Origin: an uncultured Muribaculaceae bacterium
GTDB taxonomy: Bacteria; Bacillota_I; Bacilli_A; RF39; UBA660
NCBI GenBank assembly: GCA_964425325.1
Contig: CAYRLX010000001.1
Coordinates: forward strand, 10,791 to 74,790
Length of the DNA: 64,000 nucleotides
Reading direction: 5' to 3'
Part shown: positions 45,221 to 56,292 of the stretch, piece by piece
Layout: each line of letters starts with the position of its first letter
How positions within the stretch are numbered: the stretch's first letter is position 1
Translations under genes and position numbers: made by a program
Notes under the pieces: model-generated
The model's input: only the letters and a program-made list of their open reading frames with translations
The model's database searches: none
Told to the model about the DNA's origin: nothing

Positions 45221-45661
45221 ATGAAAGAAGATATATATCAAAAAATAGTAGATAAACATACACCAAAAGAAAATGTATTTCAAAATGTACTAATCGCTTT
45301 TATAACAGGAGGAATAATGGGTATAATAGGACAACTTTTAATTGATTTCTATACCTTAAATTATAATATCCCATCAAAAGAAGCTACAGTATGTATGCTA
45401 ATAACATTAATTTTTTCAAGTTCATTGCTAACTTGTTTAGGTTTTTTTGATAGATGGGTAAACTTTTGTAAATGCGGGCTTATTGTTCCAATAACAGGGT
45501 TTGCTCATGCAACAATGAGTGCAGCACTAGAATATAGAAAAGAAGGCCTAGTTACAGGAATAGGGGTAAACATGCTAAAACTATCAGGAGCAGTTATTAT
45601 TTATGGAATAGTAGGAAGTTTTGTATTTAGTCTAATTAGAACGTTGGTGGGACTTGTATGA
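45221..45661 (+). CDS. spoVAC: stage V sporulation protein AC
   Basis: Four-TM protein with VPITGFAHATMSAALEYRKEGLVTGIG, the typical SpoVAC motif. Confidence 0.85.
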   Translation: MKEDIYQKIVDKHTPKENVFQNVLIAFITGGIMGIIGQLLIDFYTLNYNIPSKEATVCMLITLIFSSSLLTCLGFFDRWVNFCKCGLIVPITGFAHATMSAALEYRKEGLVTGIGVNMLKLSGAVIIYGIVGSFVFSLIRTLVGLV

Positions 45662-46641
45662 CAATAAAATATAATGATGTATATATTAATAGCGCTGCAA
45701 CAGTAACAGGGCCTTATGAAGGAAAGGGACCTTTAAAAAAATATTTTGATAAATCATATGAAAATTTATATTTTGATGAAAAAACTTGGGAACAAGCTGA
45801 AGAAAAAATAATAAATGAATCTATCGGTATAGCAAAAGAAAAAGCAAATAAAGAAAAAATAGATTTATATATTGGAGGTGACCTCTTAAATCAAATCGTA
45901 GCTTCAAACTATGCCGCAGCTGAATTAAACGAAAGCTTTATTGGCATCTATGCAGCTTGCTCAACTAGTACCTTAGGTCTAATATTAGGGGCAAACTTCA
46001 TAGAAAATAAATTAGTTAAAAACGTAATAACATTCACATCTTCACATAATAACGCAGCAGAAAAACAATATAGATATCCAGTAGAATACGGTGGACCAAA
46101 ACCTAAAACAACAACATTCACATCAACTGGAGCCGCATCAGCACTATTATCAAGAGATAAAAAAGGAATAAAAATAGAATCAGGAACTATTGGAAAAGTA
46201 GTAGATTCAAATTCTACTAACATATTTCATATGGGAGCAGTTATGGCAAAAGCTGCAGCAGATACAATAAATAAACATTTGCTAGATACAAAAAGAAACA
46301 TAGACTATTACGATTTAGTACTTACTGGAGATTTAGGTATATATGGAAAAGAAATATTAAAAGATTATTTAAAAGAAAAATACAATATCAGATTAAAAAA
46401 CTATAACGATACAGGCACCATGCTTTATGATACAAATAATCAGCCAGTATATGCTGGTGCCTCAGGTCCAGCATGTGCACCACTAGTAACATATGGCTAT
46501 ATATTTGATCAAATGAAAAAAGGAAAATATAAAAAGGTTTTATTAGTTGCAACAGGCGCTTTAATGAGTCCAACTATGACAAATCAAAAACTAACAATAC
46601 CAGCTATTGCTCATGCTGTTAGCTTGGAGGTGACATTATGA
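45658..46641 (+). CDS. spoVAD: stage V sporulation protein AD
   Basis: Thiolase-like fold with IYAACSTS. About 330 aa. ATGA overlap with spoVAC. Confidence 0.85.
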   Translation: MTIKYNDVYINSAATVTGPYEGKGPLKKYFDKSYENLYFDEKTWEQAEEKIINESIGIAKEKANKEKIDLYIGGDLLNQIVASNYAAAELNESFIGIYAACSTSTLGLILGANFIENKLVKNVITFTSSHNNAAEKQYRYPVEYGGPKPKTTTFTSTGAASALLSRDKKGIKIESGTIGKVVDSNSTNIFHMGAVMAKAAADTINKHLLDTKRNIDYYDLVLTGDLGIYGKEILKDYLKEKYNIRLKNYNDTGTMLYDTNNQPVYAGASGPACAPLVTYGYIFDQMKKGKYKKVLLVATGALMSPTMTNQKLTIPAIAHAVSLEVTL

Positions 46642-46988
46642 TATATATAAATGCATTTATATTCTGTGGCTTAGTATGTGCACTTGGACAAATAATATTA
46701 GATAGTACTAATCTAACTCCAGGGCATATTACAGTAATGTTTGTAACAATAGGAACATTCTTAGATGTATTTAACATATATGATAAAATCGTATTGTGGG
46801 CAGGTGGAGGAGCGCTTGTTCCAATTACAAGCTTTGGACATATGTTAACCCATGGGGCAATAACAGGATACAACGAAGGTGGAATACTAGGTTTGTTTAC
46901 AGGAACACTAAACTTAACTTCAGCAGGTATATCAGCAGCCATTATATTCGCTTTCTTCCTATCACTTATATTTGAACCTCAAGATTGA
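46638..46988 (+). CDS. spoVAE: stage V sporulation protein AE (AEB type)
   Basis: 116-aa membrane protein with GGGALVPITSFGH, paralogous to SpoVAC. Confidence 0.8.
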   Translation: MIYINAFIFCGLVCALGQIILDSTNLTPGHITVMFVTIGTFLDVFNIYDKIVLWAGGGALVPITSFGHMLTHGAITGYNEGGILGLFTGTLNLTSAGISAAIIFAFFLSLIFEPQD

Positions 46989-47112
46989 TATAATTGATTT
47001 TAAAAAAAATTATATTATATGTGCTATTTATATTTTTAGTATAAAAAGTATATCTGTAGAAACAAAAAAATAAACTAGAGAATCAAAACTCTAGTTTTAT
47101 AATAAAAAAACA

Positions 47113-47141
47113 TTGACGAACATTTGTACATATGATAATAT
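47113..47141 (+). promoter_or_regulatory. uvrA promoter with embedded LexA (Cheo-type) box candidate
   Basis: TTGACG 47113-47118, 17-nt spacer, TGaTAATAT (-10 at 47136-47141). CGAACATTTGTACA (47117-47130) resembles the Firmicute LexA consensus CGAACnnnnGTTCG, with mismatches in the right arm. Confidence 0.45.
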
Positions 47142-47198
47142 TTATATTGTAGTTGACAACCATGATATAATAATTAAGTACTAAAAAGGAGTAATAAT

Positions 47199-50006
47199 AT
47201 GGATGAAATCATAATTAAGGGAGCAAGAGAAAACAATTTAAAAAACATAGATATAACACTCCCAAAAGATAAACTAATAGTAATGACAGGAGTATCAGGC
47301 TCAGGGAAAAGCTCACTAGCATTCGATACTATATATGCAGAAGGCCAAAGAAGATATGTAGAAAGTTTAAGTGCATATGCAAGACAGTTTTTAGGTGGCT
47401 CTGAAAAACCAGATGTAGATAGTATAGAAGGATTAAGTCCATCGATAAGTATCGATCAAAAAACGACAAATAAAAATCCCAGAAGTACCGTTGGTACAGT
47501 TACAGAAATATATGATTATCTAAGACTGTTGTATGCTAGAATTGGTATTCCATATTGTCCAAACCATAATATTCCAATATCGAGTCAATCGATAGAAGAA
47601 ATGGTAAATGATGTGTTAGAGCTAGAAGAAAAAACAAAAATTAGAGTTCTAGCTCCAGTAGTAGCCTTAGAAAAAGGAACACATAAAGACCTAATAGAAA
47701 ACCTAAGGAAAGATGGATATGTAAGAGCTTTAATAGATGATAAAGAATATGATTTATCAGAAGAAATAAATCTAGAAAAAAATAAAAAACACACTATTGA
47801 AGTTATAATAGATAGACTAGTAATAAAGCCAGATATCAGAAGTAGATTATATGAAAGTATGGAAACAGCCACTAAACTAGGACACGGAAAAGTTATAATA
47901 GACGTAATAGATAAAGAGAGAATGCTACTTTCCGAAACATACGCCTGCCCACACTGTAACTTCTCATTACCATCTCTAGAACCTAGAATGTTTTCATTTA
48001 ATGCGCCTTGGGGAGCATGCCCAGAGTGTAAAGGACTTGGAATAAAATATAAAATAGATGAAGACCTAATAATCCCAGACAAAAATAAAAGTCTAAACGA
48101 AGGAGCAATAGTAGTCGTAAGTGATGACAACAACATCACAAATACAAATCTCCAAACTGCTTGCACGCATCACAAAATAGACATGGATAAAAAAGTTAAA
48201 GATTTAACTAGAAAAGAATTAGATATAATTTTTTATGGATCAGACGAATTACTAACATTTAACTATATTGCAAAAAATGGTAATACAAGAAAGACAGTAG
48301 GAAAATTTGAAGGAATTATTACAAACTTAGAAAGAAGATACATGGAAACTAAAAGTACATGGATTAGACAGTGGATAGAAAATTACATGACAGAATTAAA
48401 ATGTCCAAAATGTCATGGAGCAAGACTAGATGATAGTATATTATCAGTAAAGATAGGAAAGAAAAATATATATGAAATAACAGAACTATCGATAGGAAAA
48501 CTATATGAATTTTTAAGCAATCTAAAACTAAACAAAGAACAAAAGGAAATTTCAGATTTAATAATTAAAGAAATTAATTCTAGATTAAAATTTCTAATAA
48601 ACGTAGGACTTGAATATCTAACACTATCTAGAGAAGCCAAAACATTATCAGGAGGAGAAGCTCAGAGAATAAGACTAGCTACACAAATAGGTTCAAGATT
48701 AACAGGAGTTTTATATGTACTTGATGAACCATCTATCGGACTACATCAAAGAGATAATAATAGATTAATAAAATCACTTCTTGAAATGAGAGATTTAGGA
48801 AATACACTAATAGTAGTAGAACATGACACAGACACTATGCTTGCCGCAGACTATCTAGTTGATATTGGACCAAAAGCAGGAGTTCACGGAGGAGAAGTAA
48901 TAGCTAAAGGAACTCCAGAAGAAGTCATGAAAAACAAAAACAGTTTAACGGGTAAATATTTAACAGGGGAAGAAAAAATAGAAGTTCCAAAAACAAGAAG
49001 AAAAGGAAATAAAAAATACATAGAAATATTAGGAGCCGAAGAAAATAACCTAAAAAAAATAAAAGTAAAATTCCCACTTGGTAAATTTATTTGTGTGACT
49101 GGAGTATCTGGATCAGGAAAATCAACTTTAGTAAACGAAATATTGTATAGAGTAATATCAAATAACTTATATAAATCAAAGACAAAACCAGGAAAATACA
49201 AAAAAATAAAAGGAATAGAAAATATAGATAAAATAGTAGACATATCACAAGCCCCAATCGGAAGAACCCCAAGAAGTAATCCAGCAACATATACAGGAGT
49301 ATTTGATGACATAAGAGATGTATTTACAGAAACCAAAGAAGCAAAAATGAGAGGATATGATAAAGGAAGATTTTCATTTAACGTAAAAGGTGGTAGATGT
49401 GAAGCTTGCTGGGGAGATGGAGTTAAAAAAATAGAGATGCATTTTTTACCAGACGTATACGTTCCTTGTGAAGTATGTCATGGAACAAGATACAATAGTG
49501 AAACACTTCAAATAAAATATAAAGGAAAAAACATCTCAGAAGTTTTAGATATGACAGTAGAAGAAGCATTAGAATTTTTTGAAAACCATCAAAAAATAAA
49601 GCATAAACTAGAAATGCTTATGGATGTAGGACTATCATACATAAAACTAGGTCAGCCAGCTCCAACATTATCAGGAGGAGAAGCAGCAAGAATAAAACTA
49701 GCTAAAGAACTTCAGAAAAAGCCAACTGGAAAAAGTTTATTTATATTAGATGAACCTACAACAGGACTTCATACAGATGATATTAAAAAACTACTTAAAA
49801 TACTAGACAGAATAGTAGATAATGGAGATACGGTATTAGTAATAGAACATAACTTAGATGTTATTAAAGTAGCAGACCATATAATAGACTTAGGACCAGA
49901 AGGTGGAGATGAAGGCGGTAACATAGTAATAACTGGAACACCAGAAGAAGTCGCAAATTGTAAAGAAAGTTATACAGGAAAGTTCCTAAAACCATACTTA
50001 AAATAA
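47199..50006 (+). CDS. uvrA: excinuclease ABC subunit A
   Basis: Two ABC modules ([42 protein letters not shown]) and zinc-finger Cys pairs (CPHC...CPEC, CEAC...CEVC). 935 aa. Confidence 0.97.
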   Translation: MDEIIIKGARENNLKNIDITLPKDKLIVMTGVSGSGKSSLAFDTIYAEGQRRYVESLSAYARQFLGGSEKPDVDSIEGLSPSISIDQKTTNKNPRSTVGTVTEIYDYLRLLYARIGIPYCPNHNIPISSQSIEEMVNDVLELEEKTKIRVLAPVVALEKGTHKDLIENLRKDGYVRALIDDKEYDLSEEINLEKNKKHTIEVIIDRLVIKPDIRSRLYESMETATKLGHGKVIIDVIDKERMLLSETYACPHCNFSLPSLEPRMFSFNAPWGACPECKGLGIKYKIDEDLIIPDKNKSLNEGAIVVVSDDNNITNTNLQTACTHHKIDMDKKVKDLTRKELDIIFYGSDELLTFNYIAKNGNTRKTVGKFEGIITNLERRYMETKSTWIRQWIENYMTELKCPKCHGARLDDSILSVKIGKKNIYEITELSIGKLYEFLSNLKLNKEQKEISDLIIKEINSRLKFLINVGLEYLTLSREAKTLSGGEAQRIRLATQIGSRLTGVLYVLDEPSIGLHQRDNNRLIKSLLEMRDLGNTLIVVEHDTDTMLAADYLVDIGPKAGVHGGEVIAKGTPEEVMKNKNSLTGKYLTGEEKIEVPKTRRKGNKKYIEILGAEENNLKKIKVKFPLGKFICVTGVSGSGKSTLVNEILYRVISNNLYKSKTKPGKYKKIKGIENIDKIVDISQAPIGRTPRSNPATYTGVFDDIRDVFTETKEAKMRGYDKGRFSFNVKGGRCEACWGDGVKKIEMHFLPDVYVPCEVCHGTRYNSETLQIKYKGKNISEVLDMTVEEALEFFENHQKIKHKLEMLMDVGLSYIKLGQPAPTLSGGEAARIKLAKELQKKPTGKSLFILDEPTTGLHTDDIKKLLKILDRIVDNGDTVLVIEHNLDVIKVADHIIDLGPEGGDEGGNIVITGTPEEVANCKESYTGKFLKPYLK

Positions 50007-50029
50007 GGCAAATTATTGCCTTATTTTTT
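50004..50029. terminator. bidirectional terminator between convergent uvrA and mscS
   Basis: TAAGGCAA / TTGCCTTA stem flanked by an A-run and a T-run. Confidence 0.7.
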
Positions 50030-50821
50030 ATTATGAATATCGATTTGATTATATGGAATTTCAATATTGTTTTTCTCCAAAGTATCTACAATCTGACATA
50101 TAGAGTCTCTTTTGATTTGAGGCTTGATTTCGGGATTACACTGAATTCTTATTAAATAATTAATGCTAGAATTATCAAGCTTATTAATTCCTCTGTATTC
50201 AGAAGAATACACTTCAACATTTTTATTTATATTGCTTAAACATTCAGAAATAACCTTTTCAGCATCTTTTTTAGAAAGTTCATAAGATAAGGGAACCTCA
50301 ATATCAAGCTGCGAAGATACTACTTGGGCTTGTTCAATATTCCTATTGGCAATAGAAATAACATTTTGATTAATTATACTCTTAACTTTAGTGGTTTTAA
50401 GACCTATTACTAAGACTTTGCCTTCAATATCATTATATTTAATAACATCACCAACAGAAAAATATTCATCAGATAAAATACTAAAACCCCTTATTATATC
50501 CTTTAAAGCATCTTGAATAGCAAGACCTATAACCACACTAACTATTCCTACACCAGCAAGCATACTACTAACATTAACATTATTTATTTGTAAAACTATT
50601 AAAATAGTAATTATAAAGAAAACGTATCTTAAAATACTACTAATTAATTTTATATAAGTTTCACTTTTATTACTAATCATAAATTTAACCTTACCCTTAC
50701 CAGCATGATTAACAAAAAAAGAGTTTATTAAATTATACAAGATAAAACTAATCAAACTAACTATTACAGAACTAATTATCCTATTATTAAATAAATTATT
50801 AAAAAAAGTATCAAAATTCAT
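50021..50821 (-). CDS. mscS: small-conductance mechanosensitive channel (MscS family)
   Basis: Three TM helices, then GLAIQDALKDIIRGFSILSDEYFSVGDVIKYNDIEGKVLVIGLKTTKVK (MscS beta-domain signature). Confidence 0.8.
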   Translation of the reverse strand: MNFDTFFNNLFNNRIISSVIVSLISFILYNLINSFFVNHAGKGKVKFMISNKSETYIKLISSILRYVFFIITILIVLQINNVNVSSMLAGVGIVSVVIGLAIQDALKDIIRGFSILSDEYFSVGDVIKYNDIEGKVLVIGLKTTKVKSIINQNVISIANRNIEQAQVVSSQLDIEVPLSYELSKKDAEKVISECLSNINKNVEVYSSEYRGINKLDNSSINYLIRIQCNPEIKPQIKRDSICQIVDTLEKNNIEIPYNQIDIHNKK

Positions 50822-50974
50822 ATCATCACCAAAACTATATTATCATTTTTACATAAAAAAATCAAAAATTCACGAAAAAAGATTCCTTTTGATAATTTAG
50901 ATCAATTTTCTTTTATATTGACTAACATATTTAATTTTTAAAAATAATATGATATTATAAAATAGGTGAGAGAA

Positions 50975-52198
50975 ATGAAAAAAAGAAAGTTAAAAAAGGG
51001 ACCGATAGTAGTTATATTATTAGTATTTTTAATAGTGATTGGATCTATACTTCTTATAACCAATCAAAAAAAGAATACAAAAAAGAGTACAAAAGAAACA
51101 AAAACAGATTCATTGGAAACAATTAAATCAAAATATAATGAATTTGTGAAGACCAAAGAGAATGTAAAAATATATGACAAAAAAGGAAAAGAAATTGGCG
51201 AAGTATCCAATGTAGAACTAAAATTAAAACAAGAAGAAATAACAAAAGATACAAAATATTTTTATGCAGAAAATATAGATGGATATGTTTCATACAAAGA
51301 CGTAGACAAAATAGAAAAAATAGAGGAATACAAAACAGAAAGAGTACCTTTTAATAAAGAAGTTACATTAAAAGAAAATACAAAACTAAACATCGATGAA
51401 AAATCATATTATAAATTTAATAAAGAAATCACGTTTAACCCAATAATAATTGACGATAAATATCATTTTGTATATGCAGGTAAACTAGTATATATAAATA
51501 AAGAAGACATTAAAGAAGAAAAAGATATAGCAAAATACACAGGAACAGATGCAATAGCAGTAATTAACTATCACTACGTTGTAAATGAAGAAGAAACAAA
51601 AGAATGTAGACAAAACATATGTGAAAGAGATTATCAATATGATGAACAGATGAAATACCTAAAAGATAGTGGATTTTATACAGCTACTATGGAAGACTTA
51701 GATCTTTGGATAGATGGAAAAATAAACCTTCCAGAAAAAACAGTAGTAATAACAATAGATGATGGATGGTATTTACCTAGAAACATAGAAATACTAGAAA
51801 AGTATAATTTACATGCAACACTATTCTTAATAGGACACCTCGCATCACCAGATGCATATAGATCAAATAGTTTAGAAATACATTCACACACATGGGATAT
51901 GCACAACCTTGGAGAATGCCCAATAGGTAGAGGAGGAGCTATCCTTTGTAAAGACAAAGCACAAATAATAGAAGATTTAAAGAAAAGCAGCGATAGTTTA
52001 GGTGGCTCAAAATATTTTGCCTACCCATTTTATGAATATAATGATCACGCAATTGAAGCTTTAAAAGAAGCAGGATTTACAATGGCATTTGCCGGTGGAG
52101 GAAGAAAAGTAACTAGAGGAATTGACAAATATAAAGTTCCGAGATTTGGTATAGCTAATACAGATACACTAGAAAAAATTAAAAACATAACAAGCTAA
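50975..52198 (+). CDS. membrane-anchored polysaccharide deacetylase (NodB family)
   Basis: N-terminal TM, VVITIDDGW (TFDDG motif), ATLFLIG, HSHTWDMH (HxxxH). Start placed at ATG 50975, after AGGTGAG. Confidence 0.8.
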   Translation: MKKRKLKKGPIVVILLVFLIVIGSILLITNQKKNTKKSTKETKTDSLETIKSKYNEFVKTKENVKIYDKKGKEIGEVSNVELKLKQEEITKDTKYFYAENIDGYVSYKDVDKIEKIEEYKTERVPFNKEVTLKENTKLNIDEKSYYKFNKEITFNPIIIDDKYHFVYAGKLVYINKEDIKEEKDIAKYTGTDAIAVINYHYVVNEEETKECRQNICERDYQYDEQMKYLKDSGFYTATMEDLDLWIDGKINLPEKTVVITIDDGWYLPRNIEILEKYNLHATLFLIGHLASPDAYRSNSLEIHSHTWDMHNLGECPIGRGGAILCKDKAQIIEDLKKSSDSLGGSKYFAYPFYEYNDHAIEALKEAGFTMAFAGGGRKVTRGIDKYKVPRFGIANTDTLEKIKNITS

Positions 52199-52260
52199 GG
52201 TATTCATATGAATACCTTTTAAAGTATAAAATTATATGATATATTAAAATAGGTGAGAGT

Positions 52261-53442
52261 ATGAAAAGAATGTTAAAAATAATCATTTTAATAATGTGTA
52301 TATTAACAATAAATATAAAAGCAGAAGAGCTAAATATAAAGTCTAAAAACGTCATATTATATAATCTAACTGATAATGAAATATTGTATCAAAAAGAAGC
52401 AGATGAAAAAATAAAAATAGCATCTTTAACAAAAATAATGACAGCATTAGTAACACTGGAAAATATTGATGATTTAAATAAACAAATAATAATAAAAAAT
52501 GAAGACCTTGAAGGTCTCGCAGAGCAAAATCTAGTAACTGCTGGATTCACTTTAGGAGAGGTTATCACATACAAAGACCTTTTATACGGATTACTTCTTC
52601 CCTCAGGAGCCGATGCAGCAAGTGCATTAAAAAGAAATGTTTCAGATAACTTCATAGAATTAATGAATAAAAAAGCAAATGACTTAAAACTAAAAAACAC
52701 AAAATTTAATAATACAATTGGATTAGATGAAGAAGATAATTATTCAACAGTAGAAGATATGTTAATAATTTTCAAGGAAGCTTTAAAAAACGATGAATTT
52801 AAAAAGATAATAACCACCAAAGAATATACAACAACAGATGGAAAACTAACATTTAAAAGTACAATTCAAAAGAATGCAAAAAAATACGGAATTGAAGTTC
52901 CATATATCGAAGGAGGAAAGACAGGAACAACAGATGGAGCAGGATTATGCTTAGCATCATTTGCTAAAGATAAAAACGTAGACTTAATCCTAATAACAGC
53001 AGGAGCACCTTATGATAAAATCTCACCACATCATATAGAAGACGCTAAAACAGTTTATGATTATTATATAAACAATTATGATAATATAAAAATAGTTGAT
53101 AAAGCAAAACCATTCAAAAAAATAAAAACAAAATATGCAAATGTTGACTACATTAAATTATACCCAGAAAAAGACATTATAAAATATATTCCTGAAAATT
53201 ATAATAAAGAAGATATAACCTTTAAATATAAAGGAAAACAAACTATAAAATATAGCGATAAAGGAAAAATAGGAATACTTAAAATTTATTATAAAGATAA
53301 ACTACTAGATACACAAAAAATAATAATTAAAGATAAATTAAAATTTAGTTTAATAAAATATATAAAGGAAAACATCATAACTATTTTAGCCATAATAGTC
53401 TCATTAATAATAATATTAATAATAAAACGGGTTCATAAATAA
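52261..53442 (+). CDS. D-alanyl-D-alanine carboxypeptidase (S11, PBP5/DacB-like)
   Basis: SLTKIMTA (SxxK), LPSGADAA (SxN-like), GGKTGTT (KTG). Signal peptide and C-terminal TM anchor. Confidence 0.85.
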   Translation: MKRMLKIIILIMCILTINIKAEELNIKSKNVILYNLTDNEILYQKEADEKIKIASLTKIMTALVTLENIDDLNKQIIIKNEDLEGLAEQNLVTAGFTLGEVITYKDLLYGLLLPSGADAASALKRNVSDNFIELMNKKANDLKLKNTKFNNTIGLDEEDNYSTVEDMLIIFKEALKNDEFKKIITTKEYTTTDGKLTFKSTIQKNAKKYGIEVPYIEGGKTGTTDGAGLCLASFAKDKNVDLILITAGAPYDKISPHHIEDAKTVYDYYINNYDNIKIVDKAKPFKKIKTKYANVDYIKLYPEKDIIKYIPENYNKEDITFKYKGKQTIKYSDKGKIGILKIYYKDKLLDTQKIIIKDKLKFSLIKYIKENIITILAIIVSLIIILIIKRVHK

Positions 53443-53448
53443 CCCGTT

Positions 53449-54315
53449 TTAACTATATAATTCATTTTTTAATAATTCAAGATTGTTATTCATAATAGAA
53501 AAATAATCTTGATTTTCAGATTCCTCTATTTCAGAAATATTTGATAGAGTATGCCATTTTTGTATAGAAACACCATAAGAACTAGCTAAATTTTTAATTA
53601 TACTGTTTTCATTTTCATCATTTTTTATAAATATATATTTAACACTACCATTCTTAATTAATTTAATTACTTCATTTAAAGTAATATTAATGTTAGAATC
53701 ATTTTCATCCAAAACATAAACAGTTAGACCATATTTTTCCAAAAACTTAAATAAATTATTAGAAGTAACAATAACTTTATTATCACTATTAGAAACAATA
53801 TCTTTGATTTTTGCATCTAAATTAGAAGCTTCAATTTTTAACTTCTCATAATTAGAACTAATATTGTTATTTAAGTAATAATTATCAATATATTCTTTTA
53901 AACCAGTTTTCACATTTTGAGCCATCATCAGAAAATTAGAAGGATCTAGCCAAAGTTCACTCATATCATGAGTATATTCCATATATAAAGTAGTATCTAT
54001 GATCTTCAAATTTTTATTTTCTTTTCTCATTTTATTAACATACTTTTTCTCTTTAGCAAGGCCATTAAAAACAAATAAATCAGAATTAGAATAATCCTTA
54101 ATCTGCTTATCAGTAAGAGTATAATCGTCAATATTACTACCATTAGGATAAATACTTTTCACATCACTATACTTACCATAAAGTCTACGTACGATATAAT
54201 AAGAAGGATAGTTGGTGGTATATATAGTAATATCCTCCATAGTATCTCTTTTTAAACATCCCGTTAAACCGACAACAAGTAAAAATAAAAATAAGAATCT
54301 AAAAATTTTTTTCAT
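53449..54315 (-). CDS. ZnuA/TroA-fold (cluster 9 SBP-like) lipoprotein lacking the canonical metal-binding His residues
   Basis: Lipobox LTGC. Overall collinearity with metal SBPs (ITIYTTNYP...DLFVFNG...LWLDPSN...[17 protein letters not shown]). Positions normally occupied by His read N/D, E and N instead. Confidence 0.55.
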   Translation of the reverse strand: MKKIFRFLFLFLLVVGLTGCLKRDTMEDITIYTTNYPSYYIVRRLYGKYSDVKSIYPNGSNIDDYTLTDKQIKDYSNSDLFVFNGLAKEKKYVNKMRKENKNLKIIDTTLYMEYTHDMSELWLDPSNFLMMAQNVKTGLKEYIDNYYLNNNISSNYEKLKIEASNLDAKIKDIVSNSDNKVIVTSNNLFKFLEKYGLTVYVLDENDSNINITLNEVIKLIKNGSVKYIFIKNDENENSIIKNLASSYGVSIQKWHTLSNISEIEESENQDYFSIMNNNLELLKNELYS

Positions 54316-54533
54316 TTTTTAACCTCCTTAACAACTGGGTCATAACCATATTTACCAAATGGCCTGCACCTAATAATTCTCTTAAAAGACATTATAGTTC
54401 CCTTAAAGCATCCATATCTTTCAATTGCTTCAATAGAATAATTAGAGCAGCTTGGATAAAATCTGCATTTTCCATGCCAAGGCCCAGGAATTGCTTGATA
54501 AAACTTAATTAGCTTAATAAATAAATATTTCAT
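54312..54533 (-). CDS. yidD: membrane protein insertion efficiency factor YidD
   Basis: [19 protein letters not shown]...[13 protein letters not shown]. Confidence 0.9.
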   Translation of the reverse strand: MKYLFIKLIKFYQAIPGPWHGKCRFYPSCSNYSIEAIERYGCFKGTIMSFKRIIRCRPFGKYGYDPVVKEVKK

Positions 54534-54655
54534 ATAATCACTAAATCAATTATACTATAAATAATAAAAAATAAAAACATAAAAAAACCTTCTTTACACA
54601 AAATAATACTTTTACATATTAAATTATACGTGATATAATAGACAAGGTGATGTCA

Positions 54656-55345
54656 ATGGAACTATTTAAAAAACTAAATATAAATCCAAAAGATAAAGAA
54701 ATATATGAAACTGCATTCTATCACACATCATATGCAAACGAAAATAATAAAGTTAGCTATGAAAGACTAGAATTTTTAGGAGATGCAGTTTTAGAATTAT
54801 TAATGAGTGAATACCTATATAAAAGAAACAATAAAGAAGAAGGAGAAATGACAAAAATCAGAGCCCACTATGTATGTACAACAGCCAACTATGAGTATGC
54901 AAAAGCACTAGAATTAGACAAATATCTTAAATTAGGAGTAGGTGAAGAAGCATCAGGAGGAAGAAAAAGAAAAGCCATAGTTGCTGATATTTTTGAATCA
55001 TTTTTAGGAGCGATGTATTTAGATCAAGGATTAGATAAAGTTAAAGAATTCTTTTATGAAAAAATAGTTCCACATATTGAAAGTCATGAAATGGACTTTT
55101 ATGATGATTACAAATCAATGCTTCAAGAATATGTACAGACAGATAAAAAAAGTCTAGAATACAAAATAGTGGAAGAGTCAGGTCCAGCACATAATAAACA
55201 TTTTAAAACAGAAGTTTTAATTGGTGGGATTGTGTATGGAACAGGAGAAGCCGGAAGTAAAAAGTCATCAGAACAAGAAGCGGCTAAAGACGCTCTATCA
55301 AAAGCACAGAAAGGAATGATAAAATGGGAAGAGCATATGAAGTAA
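54656..55345 (+). CDS. rnc: ribonuclease III
   Basis: ERLEFLGDAVLELLMSEYLY (RNase III signature) and a C-terminal dsRBD (GPAHNKHFKTEV...GSKKSSEQEAAKDAL). Alternative starts at 54647 and 54650. Confidence 0.92.
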   Translation: MELFKKLNINPKDKEIYETAFYHTSYANENNKVSYERLEFLGDAVLELLMSEYLYKRNNKEEGEMTKIRAHYVCTTANYEYAKALELDKYLKLGVGEEASGGRKRKAIVADIFESFLGAMYLDQGLDKVKEFFYEKIVPHIESHEMDFYDDYKSMLQEYVQTDKKSLEYKIVEESGPAHNKHFKTEVLIGGIVYGTGEAGSKKSSEQEAAKDALSKAQKGMIKWEEHMK

Positions 55346-56040
55346 GAAAAGCAAGTATTCAAAAAACAGGAGCTGCTAAAGCAAAACTATATTCAATGTA
55401 TGCAAGAGAAATATATCAAGCAGCTAAAAATGGAGGAGTAGAACTAGAAGGAAATCCTTCACTTAAAAGATTAGTTGAAAAAGCAAAAAAAGAACAAGTA
55501 CCTAACGATATTGTTAAAAGAGCCATAGATAAAGTTAGTTCTGGTGTAGATGAAACATATACAGAAACAATATATGAAATATTTGGACCTAACGGATCAA
55601 ATGCAATGGCAATCTGCTTAACAGATAACGTAAATAGAAGTGTCAGTAGTGTTAGAGCTGTAATAAATAAATGTCACGTTAAATTAGGTGCGCAAGGAAG
55701 CGTAAGCTATATGTATGATCATCTATGTGTCGTAAGTTTTAAAGGCCTTACAGATGAGGAGACTTTAGATTTATTATTAGAAGAAGGAATAGATGTAACA
55801 GACATCGAAACAGAAAATGATGAAACAATCATATATGCAGCCCCAAATGACTTATATAAAATAAAAGAAGCAATTACTAAGAAACTTCCAAATGTTGAAT
55901 TTGATATGGATGAAATTACATATCTTCCAAAAGATAAAGTAAAACTAGAAGGCGAAGATTTAGATACCTTCAAAAGAATGCTTGATTTACTTGACGAAGT
56001 AGAAGACGTTCAAACAGTATATCACAATGTAGAGCTATAA
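55324..56040 (+). CDS. yebC: YebC/PmpR family DNA-binding transcriptional regulator
   Basis: MGRAYEVRKASIQKTGAAKAKLYS...KRAIDK. 238 aa. Confidence 0.9.
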   Translation: MGRAYEVRKASIQKTGAAKAKLYSMYAREIYQAAKNGGVELEGNPSLKRLVEKAKKEQVPNDIVKRAIDKVSSGVDETYTETIYEIFGPNGSNAMAICLTDNVNRSVSSVRAVINKCHVKLGAQGSVSYMYDHLCVVSFKGLTDEETLDLLLEEGIDVTDIETENDETIIYAAPNDLYKIKEAITKKLPNVEFDMDEITYLPKDKVKLEGEDLDTFKRMLDLLDEVEDVQTVYHNVEL

Positions 56041-56052
56041 AGCTCTTTTTTT
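56030..56052 (+). terminator. Rho-independent terminator after yebC
   Basis: AGAGC / GCTCT stem followed by TTTTTTT. Confidence 0.6.
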
Positions 56053-56100
56053 GATTAAAAAAAATAAATAAGAACATAATAAAATAGAAGGAGGATAAAT

Positions 56101-56292
56101 ATGACACAAAAAGAACTAGCATACATAGAAGATGCCATAGGTCATGAAAAAAACATAGTATCAATAATAGAAGAGACAATAAAAGAATTAGAAGATGAAA
56201 ACCTAATAGATTTCTTAAACCAAGAACTAACAACTCATAAAGATACAAAAGATAAACTGCTAAACATGCTGGAGGTAAAAGCAAATGAATGA
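56101..56292 (+). CDS. small protein often paired with CotF-like genes (63 aa)
   Basis: RBS GGAGGA. Overlaps the next gene by 8 nt. Confidence 0.4.
   Translation: MTQKELAYIEDAIGHEKNIVSIIEETIKELEDENLIDFLNQELTTHKDTKDKLLNMLEVKANE

Noticed and set aside
47154-47172. Second TTGACA (47154) close to the TATAAT at 47167 upstream of uvrA.
   Set aside because: The spacer is only about 7 nt, so the two hexamers cannot form one promoter. At most, the TGaTATAAT acts as an independent extended -10.
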